Below, piece by piece: positions 15,787-26,200 of a stretch of 64,000 nucleotides of DNA. The notes beneath the pieces are model-generated. The model was not told the DNA's origin, did not search any database, and saw only the letters and a list, made by a program, of their open reading frames with translations. Positions within the stretch are counted from its first letter, which is position 1. Each line of letters opens with the position of its first letter. The position numbers were made by a program, and so were the translations under genes. Source of the DNA: Candidatus Peregrinibacteria bacterium CG2_30_44_17 (GTDB taxonomy: Bacteria > Patescibacteriota > Gracilibacteria > UBA1369 > UBA12470). The stretch covers positions 439-64,438 of the forward strand of contig MNZJ01000012.1 of NCBI GenBank assembly GCA_001873565.1, read 5' to 3'.

Positions 15787-18074
15787 TGAAAAAATCAGAA
15801 AAAATCAGCAGATTCGCGCAGAGCTTAGCCGCTAGAGCAGTTCCGATGATGATTATAAGCTTCGTACTTGTCGGGGTTCTCTTCCCGGACACAGCTTTTG
15901 CGGCTAGTGACGAGCTAGACAAAGCCCTCCTTAAATTGCAGCAGACTATCAATGTAGGGTTTGGACTGGTCCATGCTACGTTCTGGCCTATTCTGCTTAT
16001 GATAGGAAGTTTGATGGACAACGATCTGATTTTTGGGCCGGGAATTGGAGAGAGGCTTAGAGAGATATGGGTTATAATGAGGAATATAGTGAACATCGCA
16101 TTCGTATTTTTGCTTTTGGTGGTGGCTTTTTATAATGTTACGGGCTTGGGAGGAGAAGGTAATTTCGCGCTTAAGACAGTTTTGCCGAAATTCGTACTCG
16201 CTTTGGTGGCGGTAAATTTCTCATTCTTGGCATGTAAAATTATTCTCGATGCGGCCAATGTTGTGTCGATGGCGGTATACGACATCACAGGGTCAATCGA
16301 GGACTACGATGCGAGCGAAATCAAATCGCAGATGGAGTACATGCTATGTAACGATCCAACGACGATATCTAATACGGGGGCGGGTACAACTGTCACTACC
16401 GCAAGTTCGGCATCCTCAAGCGGAACGGACAGCGCTGCAGCAGCCGAGTCATCTTCTTCCGAAGGATGGAGCTACAAGAATGCGAATCCAATCTCAAAAG
16501 CTTTCTGCTGTTCGTCTAATACGGAGGGAGATGAAACTTGTACAACGACAGGAGAGACGCCACAAACAATAACTGCATCTAAAGCAGACACGGAAGACGA
16601 GCGCAAAATTTTCGGGGCGTTTAATGACGCGGGGAAGAGTTTTTTTCGGCAAGTTGACCAGAACAATATAGGTATAATCATGGCCATCAACCTTGGAAGT
16701 CTTAATCACTTAACCGAGGTTGCAAGTAGTAAAACAGGGGTGGGCATTAAGGATCTTCCCATCAACACTCTCTTCTCAATATTGATGTACGTCGTGTTCG
16801 GTTTTGCATACGTGGCGCTGTTTATAGTGCTGCTGGCGAGACTGGTAGTCTTATGGTTCGTAATAGCATTGTCTCCGCTGATAGCGCTGACAATGGTAGT
16901 GCCACAGATCAATCAGTACGCATCAGAGCTTAATTTGACGGAAAAATTCATGCAGCATTTAATAGCTCCTATCATCATAGGACTATCGATGTCGATAGGC
17001 TATTTGCTTACCGATAAAATCAAATCGGAAGGGGCTGCAGGAATAGATATAGGTGGTATCGGTAATAGCAGCGTTGAGTCACTTACGGATGCCGGAGGTG
17101 CCGGTACATTTCTGGCTCCAAACGTCAGCGATCTGCAACAGCTAATGATTATATGTATCGCGGTCGCGGTTGTGTGGCTTGGCGTATTTGGCGCAGCGGA
17201 CAAGACGATTGCCAGTTCGGTTACCAGCCCGATCAAAGAGTTCGGTACCAAAGCGGCAAAATTCCTGGCAAAGCTTCCAACTTACGCTCCTATCGTACCG
17301 ATCATGACACGGGAAGGAGAGCAAGCGAAGCCTTACAGTTTTGCCGAAATTACGGGGGTCTTAAAAACGCTTACCGACAAGCCTGAACAATGGGCAAGTG
17401 ATAGAAGGAGAAACCTAGAGATAGAACTTGGTATAACTAATCCGGTTACACCTGAATTCGAAAAATTATTGCAGAAATACAAGGCAAGCACAGGTACTAA
17501 GAATGATAAAGCGGAGGTTGTCAAAACTATGCTTGGAAACATAAGAACAGACGCCGATTACAAGGAGTTTAGAGATAACGTACTTACGCCTGCCGGGATT
17601 AATGCACCTCAAACGCGAGACTCATTTGATAACTGGTATGCGGGTGAAGGATATAAAGAGTTTAATAAACAACTTGATCCGACAAGTCCATTCACAGGCA
17701 CTGAATATACGGACAAGACAGGGGCGAAGAGCGGAGAAATGACTCAACAACAGAGCATAGCTCAATTCAATACGTTGTACTCAGGTAGCGCTACAGGCGA
17801 CACCAAGGAAGCAAAAGTTGGAGCTGCCGCGGACAAGATGATCGCAGATAAAAAAGTCGATGATCCGGCCAAAAAAACTGATCTGACAGAGTTGCTGTCC
17901 AGAGTTACAAATGATGACGGTAGCATCGACGAAGCCAAAATGAAAAGAATGAGATTCGACCCTCAGGGAAGACTAATGATCGCCGCATCATTGAAGGAAA
18001 TACCTGCGCCTGGACAAGGAGGTGGCAGTGACGACGGCGGTAGTGGCAACCCTTCAGACGGCCCTGCCGAGTAA
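15783..18074 (+). CDS. Hypothetical polytopic membrane protein, TrbL/VirB6-like architecture (orphan operon gene 4)
   Basis: 763 aa, with an ATGA overlap to gene 3. It has a signal-like N-terminus ending TAFAASDE, at least 8 hydrophobic helices, a Ser/Thr/Cys-rich loop (TTASSASSSGTDSAAAAESSSSE...CCSSNTEGDETCTTTGE), and a hydrophilic 280-aa C-terminus ending in a Gly-rich tail. Confidence 0.7.
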   Translation: MMKKSEKISRFAQSLAARAVPMMIISFVLVGVLFPDTAFAASDELDKALLKLQQTINVGFGLVHATFWPILLMIGSLMDNDLIFGPGIGERLREIWVIMRNIVNIAFVFLLLVVAFYNVTGLGGEGNFALKTVLPKFVLALVAVNFSFLACKIILDAANVVSMAVYDITGSIEDYDASEIKSQMEYMLCNDPTTISNTGAGTTVTTASSASSSGTDSAAAAESSSSEGWSYKNANPISKAFCCSSNTEGDETCTTTGETPQTITASKADTEDERKIFGAFNDAGKSFFRQVDQNNIGIIMAINLGSLNHLTEVASSKTGVGIKDLPINTLFSILMYVVFGFAYVALFIVLLARLVVLWFVIALSPLIALTMVVPQINQYASELNLTEKFMQHLIAPIIIGLSMSIGYLLTDKIKSEGAAGIDIGGIGNSSVESLTDAGGAGTFLAPNVSDLQQLMIICIAVAVVWLGVFGAADKTIASSVTSPIKEFGTKAAKFLAKLPTYAPIVPIMTREGEQAKPYSFAEITGVLKTLTDKPEQWASDRRRNLEIELGITNPVTPEFEKLLQKYKASTGTKNDKAEVVKTMLGNIRTDADYKEFRDNVLTPAGINAPQTRDSFDNWYAGEGYKEFNKQLDPTSPFTGTEYTDKTGAKSGEMTQQQSIAQFNTLYSGSATGDTKEAKVGAAADKMIADKKVDDPAKKTDLTELLSRVTNDDGSIDEAKMKRMRFDPQGRLMIAASLKEIPAPGQGGGSDDGGSGNPSDGPAE

Positions 18075-18097
18075 TTCTAAGCACTCAATCGAACCGA

Positions 18098-21000
18098 ATG
18101 TTCATAAAAACCATATACAATTTATTCGAAAGTAAAAAATCACTACTACATAGTGATAGATTCTTGTATATGGCTGGAGGAGGAACTGGAACACCGGGAG
18201 GCGGAGGAACTGATGACCAAGGAAGGCCGGTGACGGCGGACGACCAAGGCCAGCCGGATTTGGAAACAGAGGGACTGGCGGGAGCGGAGGCAGCAAAAGC
18301 TGCAGCCATAGACGATTTATCTAGGATCAAAAGCAGTATAGCGGCCATCGATGTGAACAGTAACAACGGCGAAATATTCAGCGAATTCGACGACTCGATT
18401 TTGGAAATCGCAGATCATGATTACAATATCAAGTATTTGCTTTGGTTACAGAAATTGATCGAAACAAAAGGTAGAACCACCAGATGGTTCTTGCCACCGG
18501 AGATTGCAGGAAAAATAGGAGGACACGTCAATGAGATGACAGCATTATATCAACGGCTTAATGCAGGAGCAGGTCAGCCACAGCATAATTTTGATGCATT
18601 AAGACTGGATGATAAGGCGGTAAGAAAAGAAGCAGTAAGCGCCATTAGAGACCTTATAGGGCAGACCAAAGATGCTCGCGAGAAAAGCAGACAAAAACTG
18701 CTCGACAGAATAGACGCGACATTAATGACGACGATAGACGGGATCGAAAGCAGGGATATAGATGACGGGAAGAAAGATGCTCAGAAGAAATTGGTCAAGT
18801 CAGCACGCAAGACATTGGTGGAAGTAAAAGCAAGCAGCAAGCCTTTTGAGACACAGTACAATGACAGGATTAAGATATTGGAATATCTCAAGACGCACGA
18901 TGCGATGCTATGGGAGAGCGAACAAGACAAGGCGACTTTCGAGGCGGACAAGGAGTCCTTGACCCCGGAAGGACTTAGAGCAAAGATCAAAGATTTGCGA
19001 GCAAGGAAAGCGGCAGAAGTAGATCCATATTTGGCTCAGATAAAAACTAAAGCTGACCAGCTGGAAGCAAAAGTGGATGGCAAAGTCAGACGTGCTATTG
19101 AGGAAACGTTTAAAGACAACGATTCTCTGCGTGGAGAGCATTTAAAAAGGCTTGATAAAGTTAAAGAACAACTCGAGGGCTGGAGAAATATCAACTTTTT
19201 TGACATAGCTTTTGGAACAGGATCAGTCGATTTGGCAAGCATGATAGGTTCCGACGGGAAGATGCTTTCTGACGAAGATTTGAAAAGCAAAAACATCTCA
19301 CCGGGAGCGGAAGACTGGATCGCCTTATCGGAGGCACATGGTGTGTCTGAAGATGTACGCAAATCAGCATTATTAACGGCTGCAGACATGCTTATGGTTG
19401 CAGAGAAGACGATGGGCAGACCGAAGGAGGTGCTGGACATGACAATGATGGACTATGACAAAGAGATAGACAGATACATAACCAATATTACCGAAGTAGG
19501 AGAGCCACAAGGAGGATATACGATATATTTCCTTTCGCTCTACGACTTCAAACACATGGGTGAGAAGCTTGTTGAATGGGCAAAGAGGAAATACAACAGG
19601 CGTAGTGATAATCTGCTAGGCCGCTTCGGAGTATCGCTGCTTAGTGACTTGCCGGGCCCGCTCAAAACTGCGGCAAACGAGTTCGACAGATTGAAAGAAC
19701 AGTCCGAGCTTGATGAAGTTAATCAATACAAGGAATCTTATTCGAACAAAGACGCGTGGCAGGTCATTGAAGTAATGCACAATACGAGAAATCAGGACGA
19801 AATGAAAGCATGTATGTACCTATTGGCGGATTTAGGGCGTATCAGATGGGACGACCCTCAGATATGGAGACAACTTATGTATTTTGGTCATGGAGCGATC
19901 CAGTTCGATACGGAGAACCCTGAAAACGAAGTAAGGAATCAGGGTAGGCTCCATGAAAAACTACAGAAGATAGTAGGTGTGATATGGGATTTTGATACAT
20001 TCCAAACTTGGCAGAGTACAAACGAGTCGAACTACTCGTCAAAGATGGAAAGTCACAAAGATTTTTGTGACAAAAATGCTGAGTCAGAAGGTACATTAGA
20101 TCTCGTTTTGAAACAGGATCTTGAAAGTTTCAAACGTGATATTACGGCTGGCAAAGTACCGAAGATTGATCCGCAGAGATTTGAAAAGATGATCCACTAC
20201 AATATCGAGTTTGGAAAAGGTTCGCCGGAAGGCAAGTTGTATTACCTTATACAAGGTATAGCATGCGGACTTCTTTCAAGAGATACTGCGTCACGTATTA
20301 ATAGTAAATGGATTAATGCATATCCTGTTATTGACGTATTTGGATCTGAAACAGAGGCTGGTAGTAAGCCTACGATGGATGATATACGCAGATGGGCAAA
20401 ACTGGATGGTGACAAAAACGAGCCGGATGCGGCTTTCCACCACTGGTTCTATACATACGTTATGCACAGGCCAAGGGTTTATCAACGTGTCGACAAAGCT
20501 CTGACTCAAGGTATGGGACAAGACCACGATGATGCCACATGTTGGTTCGGTGCGATGAGTGCGAACACCGCGAAAACTATTCTTAGTCAAAATGCGCAAG
20601 GTTTCCGTATGCCTATGACAGGTTATCAGAACGCCACGGTTGGTATGCTTCACTACTTGGATACCATTATGGAAGGCTATCCGGAAATGGGTGAAGATCC
20701 AAGAGATGAGACGAGCGGATACAGTCAAATTATTAGGTTTGCAAACATGTTCACAACATTCGATGGTATTACCGCTGGAAGAATGTTTAAGGAAAGAACG
20801 GACTTCTTTAAGTGGAACGGAGAAGAAGAAAGGCATCCCAGATCCGATGGTGTATACAAAACAGCTTACGGGCGGAACAAGATGACTACTCAAAACTATC
20901 TCAACACTATGCGTGGATATCTGTCAGCCCTAGAGCCGGAATTCTTCGATTTTCTATTCCATTCCCAGTCCAAAACCAATGACCAAATACAAAAATTCTG

Positions 21001-21310
21001 TCAAAAGAAGCAAGAAGAGTACGGAGTCACAGATCTATTTGGCCCAGGAGGAGTTCCTCAAAATGCAGACCAACTACATCAGTCAGTATCAACCTTCCTC
21101 AAGTTCGTATTAGCCACTACAGAAGGCAGAGAGAGAATAAGAACCATGAGGGCATCAGTCATACAAGATCATAGGTCATGGGAAGCAGCTCAGAAGCGTG
21201 AATCTTCATCGTTCCTGACCGTTAAAGAAAGGGTCGCAAAAGCTTTGGACAAGCAAGTAGAGCCTACAGCTCATGGTGGAGTGCACGTTCCAACTCAGCG
21301 GCACTCATAG
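18098..21310 (+). CDS. Hypothetical 1070-aa soluble protein with a Gly-rich disordered N-terminus (orphan operon gene 5)
   Basis: Long uninterrupted ORF. An alternative ATG lies at 18170 (MAGGGTGTPGGGG). I saw no TM and no Walker A. Its 3' end overlaps the thrS 3' end by 47 nt. Confidence 0.7.
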   Translation: MFIKTIYNLFESKKSLLHSDRFLYMAGGGTGTPGGGGTDDQGRPVTADDQGQPDLETEGLAGAEAAKAAAIDDLSRIKSSIAAIDVNSNNGEIFSEFDDSILEIADHDYNIKYLLWLQKLIETKGRTTRWFLPPEIAGKIGGHVNEMTALYQRLNAGAGQPQHNFDALRLDDKAVRKEAVSAIRDLIGQTKDAREKSRQKLLDRIDATLMTTIDGIESRDIDDGKKDAQKKLVKSARKTLVEVKASSKPFETQYNDRIKILEYLKTHDAMLWESEQDKATFEADKESLTPEGLRAKIKDLRARKAAEVDPYLAQIKTKADQLEAKVDGKVRRAIEETFKDNDSLRGEHLKRLDKVKEQLEGWRNINFFDIAFGTGSVDLASMIGSDGKMLSDEDLKSKNISPGAEDWIALSEAHGVSEDVRKSALLTAADMLMVAEKTMGRPKEVLDMTMMDYDKEIDRYITNITEVGEPQGGYTIYFLSLYDFKHMGEKLVEWAKRKYNRRSDNLLGRFGVSLLSDLPGPLKTAANEFDRLKEQSELDEVNQYKESYSNKDAWQVIEVMHNTRNQDEMKACMYLLADLGRIRWDDPQIWRQLMYFGHGAIQFDTENPENEVRNQGRLHEKLQKIVGVIWDFDTFQTWQSTNESNYSSKMESHKDFCDKNAESEGTLDLVLKQDLESFKRDITAGKVPKIDPQRFEKMIHYNIEFGKGSPEGKLYYLIQGIACGLLSRDTASRINSKWINAYPVIDVFGSETEAGSKPTMDDIRRWAKLDGDKNEPDAAFHHWFYTYVMHRPRVYQRVDKALTQGMGQDHDDATCWFGAMSANTAKTILSQNAQGFRMPMTGYQNATVGMLHYLDTIMEGYPEMGEDPRDETSGYSQIIRFANMFTTFDGITAGRMFKERTDFFKWNGEEERHPRSDGVYKTAYGRNKMTTQNYLNTMRGYLSALEPEFFDFLFHSQSKTNDQIQKFCQKKQEEYGVTDLFGPGGVPQNADQLHQSVSTFLKFVLATTEGRERIRTMRASVIQDHRSWEAAQKRESSSFLTVKERVAKALDKQVEPTAHGGVHVPTQRHS

Positions 21311-23000
21311 ATGTCTGCTCCTTGGTCTCATAATCCCTGACTGTTACTGTTTTTTCGGCGACTTCTTTCTCGCCGACAACGAGCATATAAGGGATCTTCT
21401 GCATCTCCGCGTTACGGATTTTTTTGCCGAGGCTCTCGTCGCTTCTGTCGATCTCGACCCGAACACCAGCATCATAGAGCTCCTGATACATACTCTCCGC
21501 ATAGCCTAAGAACTTCTCGCTGACAGGTAAGATAACAGCCTGCACAGGTGCGAGCCATGCTGGGAACGCACCGGCATAATGCTCTGTCAGAATACCTGCA
21601 AACCGTTCGAGAGATCCATAGAGTGCGCGATGAATCATGATAGGTCTATGTGATTTGCCATCTTCTCCCGTATATTCAAGGTCGAACCGCTCAGGCATTG
21701 AGAAATCGAGCTGAATAGTGCCGCACTGCCAAGTTCGCCCAAGGCAATCTTTGACGTGATAATCAAGCTTTGGCCCATAGAATGCACCATCGCCTTCGTT
21801 GATAACATAAGGGAGTCCGGACTCATCAATCACTTCTTTGAGAGTCTTTTCTGCAAGTTCCCACACCTCATCTGACCCGATAGATTTCTCGGGACGAGTG
21901 GAAAGCTCAACATGATACTCAAATCCAAATGGCGCATAAAGTTTGCCCATAAGCTCCATCACTCCTTTTAGCTCATCTTTGACCTGATCTTCGCGGCAAT
22001 AAATATGCGCGTCATCTTGGGTGAAAGCTCTGACGCGGAACAGGCCATGCAGTACGCCGGATTTCTCATGTCTGTGCACAAGTCCGAATTCACCACTGCG
22101 AATAGGAAGATCACGATAAGAACGCCTGCGTGTTTTGTAAACGAGCATTCCACCGGGGCAGTTCATAGGCTTGACGGCGAAGTCAGCCTCGTCAATCTCC
22201 GTAAAGTACATATTCTCTTTGTAATTGTCCCAGTGCCCCGACCTGTGCCAAAGCTCCTCGTTAAGAATGATCGGAGTAGCGATAATGTCATATTTGTACT
22301 CGCGATGCAGCTTGTACCAATGCTTCTTAAGTTGCTCGAGTAATACAACGCCCTTCGCATGCCAGAATGGGAACCCCGGCCCTTCGTCATGAAAACTGAA
22401 GAGATCGAGATCCTTACCAAGCCTTCGGTGGTCACGCTTCTTAGCCTCTTCCAGCATGGTCAAATGAGCTTCGAGCTCTTCACGAGTCGAAAAACAGACT
22501 CCATAGATCCTCTGCAGCATCTTGTTCTTCTCATCGCCACGCCAGTACGCTCCGGCTATGGAAGTCAGATGGAAAGCACCAATCTGTCCCGTATGATCCA
22601 CGTGAGGTCCGCGACACATATCGACAAAAGTCATATCGCCATCCCGCATATGATTCTCAAAAAAACTAATCTCGGTTTCACCTTGCGCCGCAAGATCGGA
22701 CGCCATCTCGACTTTGTAATTCTGGTCAGCTTTGGCAAGAACCACTTTTGCATCCTCGACAGACACTACCTTCTTCTCAAAAACCTGACTCTGTTTCATG
22801 ATTTGCTTCATTTTTTTCTCAAGAATAGGCAAATCTTCGGGTATCAAAGTCCGCGGAAGGTCGAAGTCATAATAAAAACCATTGTCGATGTCAGGACCAA
22901 TGCCAAGCTTGGCATCAGGGAACATTTCGAGGACGGCTTGCGCCATCACATGCGCGCATGAATGACGCATTGTTTCTACCGGAAAAGTTGATTTACTCAT
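21264..23000 (-). CDS. thrS: Threonine--tRNA ligase (short form without the N-terminal TGS domain)
   Basis: Editing-domain HSCAHVMAQAV near the N-terminus, a class II core (FRVRAFTQDDAHIY, HRALYGSLERF), and an anticodon-binding C-terminus. Confidence 0.95.
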   Translation of the reverse strand: MSKSTFPVETMRHSCAHVMAQAVLEMFPDAKLGIGPDIDNGFYYDFDLPRTLIPEDLPILEKKMKQIMKQSQVFEKKVVSVEDAKVVLAKADQNYKVEMASDLAAQGETEISFFENHMRDGDMTFVDMCRGPHVDHTGQIGAFHLTSIAGAYWRGDEKNKMLQRIYGVCFSTREELEAHLTMLEEAKKRDHRRLGKDLDLFSFHDEGPGFPFWHAKGVVLLEQLKKHWYKLHREYKYDIIATPIILNEELWHRSGHWDNYKENMYFTEIDEADFAVKPMNCPGGMLVYKTRRRSYRDLPIRSGEFGLVHRHEKSGVLHGLFRVRAFTQDDAHIYCREDQVKDELKGVMELMGKLYAPFGFEYHVELSTRPEKSIGSDEVWELAEKTLKEVIDESGLPYVINEGDGAFYGPKLDYHVKDCLGRTWQCGTIQLDFSMPERFDLEYTGEDGKSHRPIMIHRALYGSLERFAGILTEHYAGAFPAWLAPVQAVILPVSEKFLGYAESMYQELYDAGVRVEIDRSDESLGKKIRNAEMQKIPYMLVVGEKEVAEKTVTVRDYETKEQTSMSAAELERALHHEL

Positions 23001-23277
23001 GGAATTTAGGGTTTAGATTGATGGATAACTACTACTAACTACAAACTACTAACTAACGTAGCGCTAGGGTCCCTAAAAGGGACGGTTCCACCTGGCTTCC
23101 TCCCGGAGGTCTGTTACGGGGAGGCACTTTTGTCTGTAATGATTCTGATTGCGGATGGTACTTACTCAGATTCTTGCTTGGAAGGCTTTCAGCCAAGGCC
23201 TTCTTTCTCTTTTAAGCAGATGTGCAAAGCAGCATGTTCCGCACAAAGATCGTAGTCATAAGGGGAAGCATTGTCAA

Positions 23278-26200
23278 CTACATCTCTTGCAGTTTCATCA
23301 CAAGAGTGATGATTTTTGCCATCTCGCCCAGAGCTATAGTACGTTCGGGACGCATATAGCCATCTCCATAACCAGATACGATGCCTTGCGCATAAGCATG
23401 AATCACGTAAGGCGCATACCAAGCATCGATGTCTACGTCGGGGAATGGGTTTGCTGGCAAATAGTAGTAATCCAAAAGAGCATCTCCATAGAGTGTCTCA
23501 ACATCATCATGCGTAATCAAAAAAACTATCTTAAGAGCTTCGGCTCTGTTGATAGTCCAGTTAGGATGGAAAGTGCCATCGGGATACCCCTGGATGATGC
23601 CGTTTTCATAAGCGGTGATTATGTACTCGGCGCCTTCGTCATATATCGTCATATCCAAAAAAGGCATGTAAGTCGCTTCGGAAACGACGTTTACGTCGAG
23701 CAGATCCATCGCCGCCTCGAGGAACTCAATGCGACTCATCTGCTCCTCCGGATCGAAGAGGTAGCTGATAACTTGAGACTCGATACTGTCGCCGGAAGCA
23801 GACTCGTTTATTTGATTAATAAGTGTGTTCTCATAAAAATCTTTCAAGTAAGGCTCGGCCCAGTGGCCGTTAAGCTGTGACACGACTTCCGTGTTCCATG
23901 TGGATTCAAAATCGTTAACAACTTCAGCGACATCGTCTGTCGGCGGCACTTCAATCTCGACCTCGACTTCAACCTCGGCGACTTGATCATTATTGGAAGA
24001 CGAACCGCCTCCGGTATATGTGTAGGTATTCCCGAAGCCGGCTCCTCCGCCGGTTGGACTGCTGCCGGAAGATGAGCTGGAGCTTATAATGAAGCTGCGA
24101 CCACCGGAATTAACGGAGTTGCCGTACGAGTCTAGCGCCATAACATAAACGGCATACATGGCGCCGGAAGTCAGCCCTGTCATCGGTGCCGTACTTGTAG
24201 CCATGCCGGAGACATCTCCATAAAGAGTGTAGCTGCCGGCCGTTGAGAGCTTGTAATAAATCTGATATTTGTCGAAATTGCTTTCGGTAGTCACAGGGAT
24301 CCAGACCAAATTGAGAGAAGTCGATCCGACGGAACTCGCGTATATGGTACTGGTAAATCCACCGGAAGGCGCGACTTGGTCCAGTACGAAAGCGTCGGAT
24401 GTAAGTATGCTGCCGACTTCGGTGCCATCATAAGGGGTAACACGGATTTGCGCATTTGATATATCGGCAGTGCCAAGATCGGAAGCAGCGTCCCATACGG
24501 CGGTGATTGTGTTGTTGCCGGAAGAGGTTGTAACGTACCCGGTGGCATTACCGATTTGGTAAGTATTGTCGTTTTCAACATCGGGAGTGCCATGAGTGGC
24601 GGCTATGTCGGAAACAGTCTCGGAAATTGTAGCCTTCACCCAAGAGCTGCCAACATTGTAATAAACGCTGAATTGTAAAGTGTCATCGTTGTCCGAGTCG
24701 CCGGCGATGAACGATAGATTAACCTTGCCGTTGCCATTGGTTGTCTGTGCCGCAGTGAGTGACGAAGCGGTGGGAAGGCCGTTATTATTAACGGAAACAG
24801 TAGTTGATTGAGCGGTATTGCCATAGCCGTCGATAGCCCAAATCCTCAGATAGTAAGTGGATCCTCCCATAAGTCCGGTAATTGTCGTAGTGGTAGTGCC
24901 GGCGGTACTCAAATTGCCATCATTGCTGTTGTCCCACTCGGATGCGGTTCCCGTGCGATTCTCAACATCGCTTTGATTGGTGCCGTACCAGATCTCATAA
25001 TGGTTGAAATTTGTGTCGCTTGCGGCATCCCAACTCAGAGCTATCGTAGTGGATGTGTTTGCTGTCGATTGGAAGCTGCCAAGACCCGTAGGCGCGCTAT
25101 TGTCTATGATGAATGTGGAAGAGGTTTGGGTTGTTCCCGTGCCAGTACCGTCATAAGGTGTGATGCGTATTTGGGCGCCGGAAGTGTCGGCGGTAGGTTC
25201 ATCGGTTTGAGAAGTCCATCCCGCACTAATCGTATTAGCGCCGGAAGAGGTTGTGATATATCCTGCCACATTACCTATTTGGTGCACATTGTCGTTCTCA
25301 ACATCGGGTGTACCGTAAGTGGCGGTCGTATCAGCGAGACTCTCGGAGATGGTTGCCTTGTTCCATCCGGCTCCGATATTGTATTCGACCAAGGCTTGCA
25401 ACGTGTCATCATCGTCATCGTCATCGATGGTAAATTGAACAGTCACTTCGCCGGTGCCATCGGTTGCGGAAGAACCGCTCACGGAGCTTGCGACAGGCTC
25501 GGTATTGAACGACCAATTCAAATTGTTCCCAGCGTCAACGGATCTTGCGGAATCGACGGCGTGAACGATCGCGCTTCCGCTACTTGCGTCGGAGTCTTTT
25601 ACGTTTACATAATCTACGGAAGACGAGCCGGAGACGTTCAAGGACCACTGATTGCCATCGGAATCACTGCGGAGAGTAATAAGATCTCCGGTGCCACCGG
25701 TTAGGGTTAAAGCTCCGGCAACGGTTTGAGTCCCGGTGTTGGAGAACACCAGTGGTTTACCCGCCTGCGTACAAGACAGATTATAAAAAGTCGTAGATCC
25801 TGCAATATTGCCCGTGGCGGTGGTTGTAAAGTTGACGCTGCCACTGTTGTGAGAAAAAGTACCGCCTGTGCTGTCGAAGCTGCCACCCAGATTGATAGTA
25901 GGTGGAGCTGTCATAGTACCGCCGGATACTGTGAGGCTACCATTTACGGCAAGTGTTGTAATGTCAACAACGACCTCATCCGTCGTATCTCCCCCTGCGA
26001 GTATGGCAATTTGATCAGAGGTCAAAGGGGCGTCATACACCCTGACGTCATCGATGAGACCGTCAAAAGCCTCTGCGTATCCAGGACTCTTGCCGATAGC
26101 GACGTTATTGGCGGAAGTATCGTAAGCTATCGTAGCGGTTGTGGCGGCAGAACCGTTGAGATAAAATGTAGTACCTACTCCGGGCTCGTAAACCACGGCT

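Noticed and set aside
23059-23140. Calling this segment the SRP (4.5S) RNA gene on the minus strand
   Set aside because: Only a 13-nt string (UCCGGGAGGAAGC) resembles domain IV. The conserved AGG of the symmetric loop is replaced by ACC, and I cannot pair the 5' and 3' flanks into the long helix 5/8 hairpin. I kept it as a low-interest finding rather than a feature.
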